DNA of 63,618 nt, counting the filler, from Porpidia crustulata (Eukaryota): the NCBI GenBank assembly GCA_964255105.1. It is 14 parts of 14 records of this genome, joined end to end, with 100 filler letters (N's around TTAATTAATTAA, not from the genome) between each part and the next. Parts side by side here need not be neighbours in the genome. Positions count along the whole stretch, not along the records: positions 1 to 4,478 come from CAXUWE010002070.1; positions 4,579 to 9,050 come from CAXUWE010002071.1; positions 9,151 to 13,619 come from CAXUWE010002072.1; 11 more parts are not named here. The stretch is one strand, 5' to 3'. This document shows, in pieces, positions 1 to 12,027 of this stretch; position 1 is the stretch's first letter, and the number at the start of each line of letters is the position of its first letter. Below the pieces are notes generated by a model. That model was not told where the DNA came from and searched no databases. It saw nothing but the letters and a program-made list of their open reading frames with translations. The translations under genes and the position numbers were made by a program.

Positions 1-1791
1 CTATTATAGGTCGTCATGATTTCCACTCAACATTTGCATTCCTTTCTCACGCGCGTCATTTAAGGTAAATTTTTCATAGATAAATAATACTTAAGACGAC
101 TTTTGTCGAACGCTTTATAAACTGTCGTGGTCCTGGGATTGGATTTTTGGCTTGAACTACTTTGATTTGTGCGGCGACGGATTGGTACTGCTGCAGGCAC
201 CGGAAAGATATAGATAATCAATGTTATTGGGTTGGGTTTGACTGCTGGCGCTGGGGTTGCTGAATGCCTATGCTGAGTCTGTCTATGCGGTTGGGATTTA
301 GGGAGCGGTTTAGATGGGTAGCGTCGCTGAAATGATTGAACTCCCATGTAGATCAAATAGGAACCGTGAGAAAAGATACTTCTTGAGGCGTGGACGGGTG
401 GGTATGATACACACACTAGCCCCAAGGCGCTCGTGCGTCCGTCACCAGGTGCATTGGTCAGCGATGTTCTTCTGAGGAGTACTGGTTGCACTTCCGTAGT
501 CCCAATTCGCTGGAAAAGTGAAGTCAGTTATTTTTGAGGCTACTGTATGATCACGAAGTGTTCAAACTCACGATTGATATCACTCGCGGGTCGGATGTGT
601 TCGAGGCGGGGAAGCCTCCACCAATCGTTACTCCTGCGTACGCGTTAGAATAACGTCGAGATACAGGTTCGGAAATCGATGATCCTACCTGTATTCATTA
701 CCTAGCAAATCTCTTTCCTTTGGGCACTCTCCGTTGAAGATAGTTTCCGGAGTAGTGCTTCTTTCAGGAAAAGATGCATGAGAGAAAATCCGACGTAGAC
801 CTTGTAGAGGTTAGTAATTCGTCCCTAGGCTCAAGGCTCAAGCGAGGTTACCTTAGGATGCTTCTTGTTCTGACCTGTTCTCTCATCTGAGACATCAGTA
901 GTGCCTGGAACGTCACTGCGAAGCCGTCAACGGTTTGGTAGTATTATGGAGAGGCAATATAGCTTACACGTCGACTATGTTTAATTGATCCCATGTGTAC
1001 CAATCATGCATACAATGCTTGTTGTAGATCGCGCCCTTTGTTGATATTAGCCTGTGCCGCCAGCTTCGTTAGGATGGTTGGACTACCGCGCGATGCCACC
1101 AATCTCCTTCAGAATCTTGCTGCCAAATCACCGATATACCTTCCCAGTCATGTCTGTGGCCCAGATGAGATAATACACCATCGTGCCTGATAGTTCATCA
1201 GTCACTAAGAAGTGCCAGGTATCAAGGCCGGGCCTTACACATAGTAATTGTAGTATTGAATTCGCCATTCTTTTTTGGAGCCGCACCAGCTGGCGCTCAC
1301 ATAAGTTGGGAATCGGTTTCCAAGACTGTATGCACCGTTCAATGGACCTGGGTCATTGCAGTTGGTTCCTGGATTGGCGTTGATGGGAACATCGGTGCCC
1401 GGATTTATACCACCAGAGCCAAGTGCAACGCCACTTTCTGAGTAGCAAGGTTGCTTGACGCGATCAGCTAATTGCGGAATCTATACGGAGGAAATGGTAC
1501 CGACGAACAAATTCCTTCTGAGTTGTGGAGAAGATCATTAAGCCACGGACGCCGATTGTACCTGGGCTCGGATACTTTTGGATAGATTTCCATAGACGTA
1601 TCCAATCACACTCGTATCTAATAAGGTAGGTATGCAGAAATCCGAGAATATCAATCACGTGATCCTGTGCACCGCCCACCTTACAAATAATCATCTGCAA
1701 GGCTCCGTTGTTCAGCCTTGTCAACCCAGATCGACAGAGATGTCTCTTTCGTCTACCATCACAGCAACGGAGCTGGGATGGACTTGGCCAT

Positions 1792-3704
1792 ATGGACCCT
1801 TTATCAGTTGTGGGTGCCGTCGGGGCAATTGTGGGCGCTGCTACACGAAGCATCAACTCGCTGTGCCAATTGCAGAAACAATGGAGCGGAATCGATCTGA
1901 CCGTCAGCCTTCTTGCTGGACAGCTGAGCTCCATCAACGCTGCGCTGAACCGAATTTTCGAGTGGATGTCGAGGAATCTTGAGACGATACCTCAACATCA
2001 TCAGCTCACCATTGATCTGGAAACTTCACTAGAGAGCTGCAGGGTTCTGATGCTGTTTCTAGAGGGTCACTTATCTCGTCTTGAATGGAACGATACTAAG
2101 ACGGTGCCTCTTAAGAATAAATTTGGAGCAGTACTGAAAGATCAGACTAGTACAGATTGTATGAATCGCTTACATGGTCAGACCACAGCTCTTAATTTTC
2201 TTCTCAGCGCACTCAATTGGTGAGAAGCCCGCTAGATCTACGAAATTTCCCTTTTGAGCATATGCTTACATGTACAGTCGCTCGATGTCAGATCAGAGAG
2301 AAATTATTCGAAGTAAGACAAGTCGGATTATCTTTGATCGGGTCAAGGATACTCATTCTCGCTCTTATTTCTGAAGGACTTGTCATCTTTTCAAAATCCA
2401 GTGACTGCATCGACCGAGTACTCATCGCTTCTTAACCGAATATTTAACTTGGATCATAAAGTTCTAAGGTTGAGAGATTACCAGGAGCAAGTAAGGACAA
2501 GGATGAGACGAGGACTTTGCCGGGAGAGGGATCTGCATGGATCATCTAGAAAAATCAAGGATCTAAGGAACTCATCTCTCGAGAGACAAATAAAGAGGGA
2601 AATGCTCTCAAATCGATACACTTTCAAGGTACTGCTAATTGAACCATTCGACAATGAACACTCTATAGGACTTGAAGCATTCGAGCTCGAGCATACACGG
2701 GCCATTGACGGCGATCTGCGGTTAATATACAAAAGCATCATCATATCTATCATTTATGAGGCGATACGTACCATACTGCAAGAGATGGCAGAGACGGCAT
2801 ACCTCATACTGGCAGATCCTAAATACCAGAGCTACACCCAGACACTCCCGGTGCAGCTGACCATCCTTAAGCCTAATTCTTTTCCCATAGAAGTCGCTAT
2901 TGCTATCGCTGCCTTGTGGGAGATTGAACCTGTGAAACAAGTCTATCATCGGTGTAAGGAAAAGATCTGGTGGCGCGAGAGTGACTAGTAGGTCAAGCAT
3001 GCTCTACAAATTTCAGTAGGACTCTAGTACGGTCAAAACTGAATAGCGAATTCTTACAGCTACCTTGACTCGGTAAGTCGAATTGCCAGACCAGATTATT
3101 TGCCCAACGACCAAGATATTGTGAAGCTCAAAGATAAGAAGCGTGGGCTTGAGGAGACCTTCATCAATGTTGTCATGATCGGCTTTCAAATCATAAAGCC
3201 TGACATATTATTATTCACCCGCCGAAAATTCCTTCCACTATTCCAAGATGTCGTGGCAGTTGTTTTCGTGGCGGATCTGTCCACTTACGATGAAAAAATA
3301 AACGAAATCTTCCCCTAGATGTCTCGCATACTCAACTGACCGAGAATTTTGCGCAACTCGAAAGAATCTCCAAATCTGTAAACTTAAGGGGTGCTAGAAT
3401 TATATTAGTACTGCACCGGCTTGAAGAATTTAGGGCGAAGCTTGCGACTAATCCACTTGACGAGCACTTCCCCGACTACGCCGGCGGCGCGAACTATGCC
3501 TCAGCTATAGCATATCTCTACCAGAGGCTTGTCTCAATAATTTCGTCCCCAAAGGAAATAATTTCGTCCCGAGAGGAAATAGTGATTCATCATTTTGCGT
3601 CTCAGGATCATCCGCTTCCACTCTCAGACGCGCTCATTGACACCATCAGTATTGAAACCCAGGGCGTTGGCTTGAATTTAGACAAAGGATACTCTGGCGA
3701 CTAG
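1792..3704 (+). pseudogene. HeLo-like (fungal STAND N-terminal) domain fused to a degenerate G-protein alpha-like domain; 2 introns, 2 frameshifts
   Basis: The N-terminus MDPLSVVGAVGAIVG...LAGQLSSINAALNRI is typical of Helo_like_N. The C-terminal part matches the G-alpha scaffold (YLDSVSRIARPDYLPNDQDI, VVFVADLSTYD, PLDEHFPDYAGGANYASAIAYL). Introns at 2220-2277 and about 2988-3059. Frame changes near 2350 and 3295. Confidence 0.8.
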
Positions 3705-4478
3705 GATTTGTTGAAACTTGAGGCCAAGACTGTTCGAATTCTTGGAACGGCGTTCTGTTCCTACTCATTGTGATATATATGCTATATCCTTACCATCAGC
3801 GCATGAATCGGTCCTTCAGTCTTTCCTTCTTATGACAAGCGCTGCAAGTGATGCACGACTTCCCGAAAGCCGTGCGGAATATACCAGCAAAACCGCAGAT
3901 CTACCTACGAGCTTCGCAATCTACATCGGAGGTTACATATATATAAATGCTTGCAGATGTGCTGAAGATACAGGTAGTTTGAACTTTCTGCAAAATAATC
4001 AGCAGTCCTGGACTAAATCTCCTGTATTGACCATCATAGAAGTATCCTCCAGGTTGTACCTACGACAACGTCTCTACTCAAAGAAAATTGGTTCTTGGCA
4101 AAATCAAGACCGTATCTACACCGACAGGATTGCAGCAAATAACACAATTCACTTACAGATAATATCATTCATAACACATGTTTCACACTCCAAATAACGC
4201 TTGTGCTCATACTTTCGAACTCGGACATTGGATTGCAGTCAATCTACGACTTCACCTTAATACAATAAAGTTCAATTGAAGAATTATTTCCATCACTCCG
4301 TTCAAGCAAAACCATCCCAAACGTCTCAACACAAACTCGCTTCCTTTTCAATTCGCATTCACTGAATCGACCCGACAGCGATGCGTTTGTCTTGAACACT
4401 AAGACCACGATGACCCCGTTCGTAAACGCTCGTCGCGGGACACTCAATCAAGAACAAGCCGCAAAACAGACTCCTTTC

Positions 4479-4578
4479 NNNNNNNNNNNNNNNNNNNNNN
4501 NNNNNNNNNNNNNNNNNNNNNNTTAATTAATTAANNNNNNNNNNNNNNNNNNNNNNNNNNNNNNNNNNNNNNNNNNNN
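4479..4578. other. Artificial contig spacer N44-TTAATTAATTAA-N44 (first of 13)
   Basis: Identical 100-nt linkers start at 4479, 9051, 13620, 18186, 22750, 27313, 31870, 36426, 40976, 45524, 50062, 54597 and 59116. Contig lengths fall monotonically from 4478 to 4403. Confidence 0.99.
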
Positions 4579-5022
4579 CTCATTAGATCAGATTTATGAT
4601 GATAGCTTCATGTAAATAGCTATTTAATGTTTTGGTGAGGCCTGGGTAGGGCTGACTCCACTGACTTATGGCACCCCCTGTGGATGATAGAAGGAAATGG
4701 CGGTCTCAACGTCTTCGAAAAGCTTAGCTCGCTTAGTCAGATGGCTAGCCCTGCAGGATTCTTTTCTCCGGCTCTCTAAGCTTTCGCCTCTAGTCACAGT
4801 CATCATTAAGAGAGTGTATTAGCGAGAAGCCATGAGAGCTGAGATGGCGTTGATACTGTCGCATAGTGCAGGTGCTATTGAAGCCATGACAATAAAAATA
4901 GCTAGGCCTGCGGAAGCAGTGCTGATGGAGTGGCGTACTGCATGGCATCGAGATGACCGCTCTCTCGAAGAAATACCGCCCCATCAACTATTTTCTTGAA
5001 ATTTTGCATTGTGACTGTTCCC

Positions 5023-8000
5023 ATGGATAATTCTTCGGCTGTTGAAGCAAGAGGCAAATCACTGTTTTCAATGGAAGATCAAGGTTCCACGGAGACGAGG
5101 TCTTTTGACACAAGTTTTGAATCTATTTCACATCTCGATACTTCAATCGAGATGAATTCTGAGAGCAGCCAAAATATCATAGAGATGCCTGATGAGAACT
5201 CCTACAAGCCGAGTATAGGGCGGTCCAATGCGATTGTTCAGGTTGATCAAAGTGGGAATTCAGACGGTGTCAATCGTGACGTGGATCAATCGAGGATGCA
5301 GTATCCGGTGGAAACCCAAGCAATAGCCTCACAGCAGTTGGATTCGGTGGGGAAAGGCGACTTGAGTCGACAGAATGGCGATGTCGGCATGTCTCGTTCG
5401 AGTCGTTCATCAGAACAGCATGTCTCGAATTATCAAAATGTCGACCCACCACATCATTCAAACCAAAATGCGGCAATGGGGACCACGGCTTTCTCTACAG
5501 AAAGGAAACTGACACCGAAGCCTGTGGTTAGTGCCGAAGCCCGATCGCGGTGGGCCATGTTATCTGCACTGGCCGGCGTTTCCAAGACAGATGAGGTGGC
5601 GGAAACGGAAGGGAGCAATGAAGCTTCGGCCCAACACCAGCAATTCACCTCCAATTCGGATTACGAGGTCGACGAAGAGCGGACACTGGAGAACCGAACC
5701 ACCGAAGAGAATACAGCAACTACGTCACGACAGTCCACATATACCAGAATGTCCGGTGGATTATCTAGTGTCGTCAACAATGAAATCGGATCTCAAACTC
5801 GTGATGAAGCACAAGAGGCAGAAGATTCCGCAGAAAGTGTATCGAATATGGAGAAATATTTGCAAAATCTTGGAAATGATCCTCGGATTGATAGCCGTGG
5901 CCTACGGCAAGGCCTTCAATCATTCAGCCGCGATAAGGAACATGATACCCAAAGCAACCAACATGTGGTAAACGAAGGCCTAAGTAGCCGAGCTGACAAC
6001 ATTGATACGGTGGCTTCAAACGAAATTTATGGTGGCAAAGAAAGAATTGTAAATCAAGCTCGAGACGTGATCCATAGCTTTCAGGAGGAAGGTGATGATC
6101 GGTTGATTAATCTCAATTCTGAAAGCCGCAATACTGCTGAGATCATCGATCGAGGTGGAAAACAATCCGAGGACGAAAGCCGGACCGGTCGCCGCTTCCT
6201 TGAGACCAGCTTGCGGAGCAATGTCCAACATCTTGAAGATGATCTCAGGAGTGGTAAAGATCTGGTGGAGCAGACGTTCAAACATGAGGACCTTACTCTT
6301 GACAATAACTACGAAGATGGTCGTCGTAAATCGAGAGCAGAAGGAGAGTCCATAGATTATGATGGACAAAGGATTAAGACTGGGATAGAAAGCCTGGAGG
6401 GTGAAATCTCGTCTTCAAGTCACAATTTAGAAAGAAGCATTCATGCTGGTCGAAATGATCTGGAGGGGGATTATAAGTCCGGGAAGACTGTCGTCGAAAA
6501 GGAGATCATTGCGGGTACCAAAGCCCTTGAGGGAGTTTTTGAGACTGGTGAGCGTGCTGTTGAGCGGGGATTTCATTCTAGCGACCAGGATTTGGAAAAT
6601 ATTCTACAATCTGGAGAGAAGATGGTGGAGATTGGAGTTCAAGCCGGCAAGAGAGTGGTAGAAGAACTTGGTAGCAGTGACATCTCCGGAGAGTTCCGAA
6701 GAGGCGAACAAGCCTTGAAGGACGATTTAAAGATAGGCTCTCGGGAGATCAAAGGAGCGTTCGAAAGCCCAGGCCTACAAGGACTAATAAACAGAGGTGA
6801 GTATGACCTTAAAAATGGCCTTCTTTCAGGAGTGCAAGAGGTGGAACGAGTATTCGAAGCGACGATGTCGCAAGACCTACGACACGAAAAACACAAACTA
6901 GAACAAAGTCTTCTGTCAGAGTCTCGTAAACTTGAACATACCTTAGGCCGGAAGATCTCACAAGACACGCATGGATTCAAAGGACGGCTTGAAGAAGACG
7001 TTCGAAGAGTAGAGTCAACCTTCCGAGCCCCTGGCGGTCGCATGCTAGACGAGAACGCGCATGCAGGCTCTAGGAGGCTCGGCGGATCAGCGGATACTCG
7101 CAGTACCACGCAACATAAACTTCAAGGACACAATTTCGGGCACACATCAAGCAACGATCCTTCGAGTAGATCAGATGCAGCAGGAAAACAGTCTAAGGTC
7201 CCTCCACCGGGTAACTCGATGGGAATGCCATCACAAGCCCATCTAAGTCATACTCTTGCAGGCACTGGTCAAGACAACATGCCTCCCGTACATCAATTAG
7301 GACCCAGTACTCTAATCAGGCCTGGAATGATGCAAGGCGGGACGGCCTCAAATGGGCGTTTGCATGATCCGATCTCCAGCCGACCAGCTCCAAGCTCACA
7401 TACATCTGGCGGTCCCTCCTCCAACAGTAGACCTACTGAGCAAAAAACTCATCTTCAAGATGGGCCTGTCGGCAATCATCGATTGTCCATAGTACCGCAC
7501 ACCAGTGGATTACGTGGTCCGCCACAACAGGCTCAGAGAGATTGGCCTCATCAACCAAGCCAGAGCAATGTACATACACCAAAACTTGGAGATTCCAAAC
7601 CAATCAACTCAAGTAATCACGTTCGCCCTTCAATCCCACAGCAAACACAGCAAGTTTTACAGCACCCGCAGTCAAACATGCAACAAGACCGGCCCAGACC
7701 TAGTGTGAATCCACTTCCTGCGGATGTAAGAGCTCAAAACAGACCACAAACGCACCACCAACCCCAGCCGATAAACATGGACCACAGAGACCCAGGAAAT
7801 CGGCAACAACCAAAGCAACAGACACACCAACAGCAGCCAATCACAAGTACACAACACAATGCCTCTGGCCTTGTTGCTAACCGAGGGCCCGCGAGTGCTC
7901 TGCCGCAAGCTGGGCGGTCTCAGAATCAACCTCTCCATCCACAAGGTGGACCTCAAAGACCGCTAGGAAATCATTCGATTCCACCAAACACTTCTCAGAA

Positions 8001-9050
8001 AGAGCAACGTCTTGTACCTCCTCGGGGGAATGGTGCTCAGACTGGAGTACATCAGCCTTTAGGCAAAGCCAACTCCGCTGTGGATACTATAAACAAACCC
8101 CAGCATCAACAGGGTTCGGCGTCGTGCTCCCATGACGGGCATGAGCCAAATTCGTGCCCTCATATGGCCAACGCGCAAGATTACACCCACCGGCCTCACA
8201 CTCCTCGAAATTACCCTCATCAAGGTAGCAACGTGCAAAAAGAAGAACAGGTATGCACTCACCAGGGACATAGCGATACCTTATGTCCCCATGCGCAGAA
8301 AGCAAGATCTTGCAATCATAGCGGGCACGAAGCGCATTCGTGTCCTCATGAGACGAATGCCCAAATATGCAGCCACAGGCCGCACAAAGCTGAGCAATGT
8401 CCACACAATGCGATAGAGCCAAAGTCATGCACTCACCAGGACCATGAGGCTGCTTCATGCCCCTACATTGCTACTAGCAACGCTTCGACTTCCCAAGGCA
8501 AGATTTCACCCCAATTGAACTCACAGCAGCGCACAAGTCAGCAGTATGGCCTACGTCAGGAACAAGCCGGCATGCAACCGCCTATGCCAGTTCAGCAGCT
8601 CAATGGAAATTCAGATCAGATGCAGCGCCAGCAATCACAACAGATTGAGCAACGAAACGGTTTCCAGCAAGAATCAAGCTCCCAGCAACACCAAAAATCC
8701 GAGCAACGAACTGATTCCCAGCAACAATCAAGCTCCCGGCAACACCGACAATCCGAGCAGCGAACCATAGTACAGCAGCAAAACACCCTCGAGCAAAAGA
8801 GCTCTTACAAACATGACGCGGATATGCATTCCCAAAGCCAGACCGGTTTCCAGCAGGATTCCGAATACCAAGAAACTTCATCCCACGAGCATACAAGCTA
8901 CGAAGAGCACTCCACCTCCTCGCAGGAAACATCATCCACCTACTCCCACCCAGCCTCCGATTCCTCAGCCCCTGCATACAACCCCTTTCAACACCTCCTC
9001 ACCGCATTCACGTCCCAACACCAAGCCACCGCCTCCGCGAACCCTGGCTT
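5023..9050 (+). CDS. Large low-complexity repeat protein (amphipathic 11/22-mer repeats, Q/P/H-rich tracts, Cys/His repeats); 3' truncated
   Basis: Uninterrupted ORF of more than 4 kb running into the contig end, with internal repeats visible in the translation. Confidence 0.85.
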
Positions 9051-9527
9051 NNNNNNNNNNNNNNNNNNNNNNNNNNNNNNNNNNNNNNNNNNNNTTAATT
9101 AATTAANNNNNNNNNNNNNNNNNNNNNNNNNNNNNNNNNNNNNNNNNNNNATGCTAGGTTAGGCTAGAGGCGCGTTAGTTGAGCATTGGGAGAGTTGAAG
9201 AAGGGGTGGGACGTACGGGTTATGAAGATTGGGAGTATGGCTTTGTTGTATAAGAGGTATATAGTGTAGAAGCTGTTTGGATTGAAAAGAGGAACGACGG
9301 TGACCTTTAAACATGAGATGAGGAAGGAGGGGATCGTCCCATCCTTACCTCGGGAGCTTGCGTTCCAGAACCGGTTTGCGCTAAGCAAGGATTACGTTGG
9401 TGTGGCGCCCTAGAGAACATAGCTTAGTCGTAGAGCGGCTAAGGTGCTATTCTTATCCAATGAAAACAAGTCTTGTATCTGAGCCTACCGACTCATTCAA
9501 ACACATGGATGAATCGACCAAAGATCG

Positions 9528-11231
9528 TTATGCTGGAATAACCGCTCTTTCAGACGCATAGACTGGACCAGCCGAGCCTGCGTTCTCCGTCCCTGTTTCC
9601 TCTTTCCACTTCAGATATCTGCCGATTGCAGCTTCGTACTCTCCCAAATATCGCTCATCTGGCCGTGGAACCTCCTTGATGCCCTTTATAACCATACACG
9701 ACTTCCCCCATAACACCTTCAGCAGCCCGCCAACGCCAAGTATGAACGGGATTAATTGCCCCAGAGTATCCAGACTCTGCAATCCACTAATGTGATTCCA
9801 TGAAATCGTAAGCTCCACCTGCACAATCAATGCGACGATGATCGCGAGATTCTCGAGCGCCGTGAAGGTCCAGATTTTGGGTGTGATGGTCAAGGGTATC
9901 TGCGACAGTTGGGCATCGGAAGCTATAGCAAGTAGATACCAGTGTGGGGGTTGCCGCGTCTCGTTTATTTGGCACATACGATGTAGGAAGCGTGGCCACC
10001 GCCAAGCAGGATGTTTGCCAAGCGCGGCCATGTGAAAATTCAGCCTCCAGCGTAGGTCCATGGGTGGCTGGTTGATCCAGGTGGATTTAATGGTTGTCCA
10101 AGCACACTGTAAGTAGGAAGCGGATCGGGGATCGAGCTGGTAGCGGACTTGTTTACGACCATTGTAAAAACCGAGAAAGCGGCTAGTACCGAGAAGAGGA
10201 GCAGTTCTCCTTGTGTATACGGAGAAAATTGAGTCGAGGTACAATTCAGCATCTCGTATTCCTGTATAGGTTATCGTTCCATCTTCGGAGTGTACTCTCC
10301 TACGAATATTGCCACCCTTTTCTATCTCGTGGGGTACGAGCTGTCTTGTAGGTACTGATGGCTGCAGAGCTGGCGGCAGAGCCAGCGGTGGACGCAGTCG
10401 TTCACTCTCTGGCCGATTCAGCTCTCGAGGTCGCAAATTTTTAGGCGGTAAGATTCCAGGCGGTAGGTCACCGAGTGATAGTGCTCTAGGACGTGGTCTT
10501 CTAGGTGATAATTGCGTTGCTCCGTCAGGACGAGGCTTCTCGTAGTCCTGCATTGGATTGTTTGCTAGCTTGAGAGCTGTCGGTTCAGGCCGCACAGCCT
10601 CAGCGTTGGGGTGAAAGTTGATGAAATCTGAACGAGCTTTCTTCATTCGAAGCCTTTGAATCACCTCGCCGGCATCACGAGCCGTAATATTTTGGGTTGT
10701 CCATACTAGCGAGGCTAGAGATAAAACCTTCATCAACGTTCGCATCCAGTCGAATATGTCAGCTCGAAACGCGTAGCAGGCATAGGTACTGTGAGCTTGT
10801 CTTTGAACTTCTACAGTGTTATCACCGTCGCAAGGTGTGGGTAACATGACATCTAATCCTCGCCACCAAAAGCAGACATTGAACAGTAGTCCCGCGTTAA
10901 TAATAATAGTCCTTAGTGCCAATCTTTGCCCGGATGCTCTTATGTATCTTGAACTGAATCTTGTAGATTCCATGATACTTATGAATGCAATGCAAAGCCC
11001 AATCTGTAGGAGAAGAAAGGCTTCTATTACATACTTAGTTCCAGCGTTGTAGGTGTAGATGAAACCGACAATAACAAGAGCGAAAAGGAATAAAAGGTTC
11101 GCCGCTCGCAGGGTATTGGCTTCACGGAAGAAGAAAAAGTTAGAGAACCAGACAGCAACCGCTTGTGAGTAGTATCCAATGCGAATTCCGACACCATATA
11201 CATCTGGGTTGCCTGCGAAGCCGCAAGCCAT
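9528..11231 (-). CDS. Uncharacterised multi-pass membrane protein (GNPDxYGxGIR / ELTxxWN / GQLIPF family)
   Basis: Long ORF with several hydrophobic segments. Motifs GNPDVYGVGIRIGYYSQ and VELTISWNHI...GQLIPFILG. Start taken at the ATG of MACGF. Confidence 0.85.
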   Translation of the reverse strand: MACGFAGNPDVYGVGIRIGYYSQAVAVWFSNFFFFREANTLRAANLLFLFALVIVGFIYTYNAGTKYVIEAFLLLQIGLCIAFISIMESTRFSSRYIRASGQRLALRTIIINAGLLFNVCFWWRGLDVMLPTPCDGDNTVEVQRQAHSTYACYAFRADIFDWMRTLMKVLSLASLVWTTQNITARDAGEVIQRLRMKKARSDFINFHPNAEAVRPEPTALKLANNPMQDYEKPRPDGATQLSPRRPRPRALSLGDLPPGILPPKNLRPRELNRPESERLRPPLALPPALQPSVPTRQLVPHEIEKGGNIRRRVHSEDGTITYTGIRDAELYLDSIFSVYTRRTAPLLGTSRFLGFYNGRKQVRYQLDPRSASYLQCAWTTIKSTWINQPPMDLRWRLNFHMAALGKHPAWRWPRFLHRMCQINETRQPPHWYLLAIASDAQLSQIPLTITPKIWTFTALENLAIIVALIVQVELTISWNHISGLQSLDTLGQLIPFILGVGGLLKVLWGKSCMVIKGIKEVPRPDERYLGEYEAAIGRYLKWKEETGTENAGSAGPVYASERAVIPA

Positions 11232-12027
11232 CGACAGAGATCTCCAAGTCTTTGGACGTGATTCTCTGTAATTAGACAACGTCTTCACACTTTCTAAGCA
11301 CTCCCCCGGTTCGACACTTGAACACTGAGTAGGAGGCCGAGTCCGCCATAAACCAAGAATACTCGTACAATCAAACAAAAATGGAAAATACTCGGCTTGG
11401 CAGACGAGGCAGGAAACTAAGGAATTCTCATGAATTTGTGGAACGAGGAGCAGTGGTCAAAGTAGAAAGGGACGCATCCTGGACAGGGCAGGCTGGACGA
11501 GAGCAGAGATAGCCGCCTTGTTGAGCAAGGAAGCTCTGAAACACGGAAGGAACATGACTTCCATCCCTGGTGGACTGCATATGATAAGACAAGGCTGTCA
11601 ATCATCATCATGCACTTCGCCGGTTGTTCTCATAACCTCATTCGTCGCGGCGAACAATCCATGCAGTAAGCGCTGGCATTATTTCAATTCTTAGGCCAGC
11701 GATAGCCTTCGCCAATAGTCATCGTAATAGAATTTGTTTACTGGTAAACACAAGCATCCCAGCATCTTGATCAGACTTTTGCATACCTTGAACACGTGCG
11801 CAGAGGTACCTTAGCGATGAAAAGAAACATCATCGTGGGGCGGTTGAAGCGGGAGTGCGTCCTTGGCGGCTCCAAAAGCCTGGTCCTCGCTATATTTGCC
11901 TCACCAAGCACCCACACCCAAGATTAATTGATTGGATTATTCCGGATGCAGGTCTTGGCGCCAGAAATGTTACAATTTATTTGAGAATTTGAATATCATT
12001 GATTCTGTATTGAGCCAACACCCAATA

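Noticed and set aside
60..491. 143-aa minus-strand ORF at the window start
   Set aside because: Possible intron signals nearby, but no consistent gene model or known motif.
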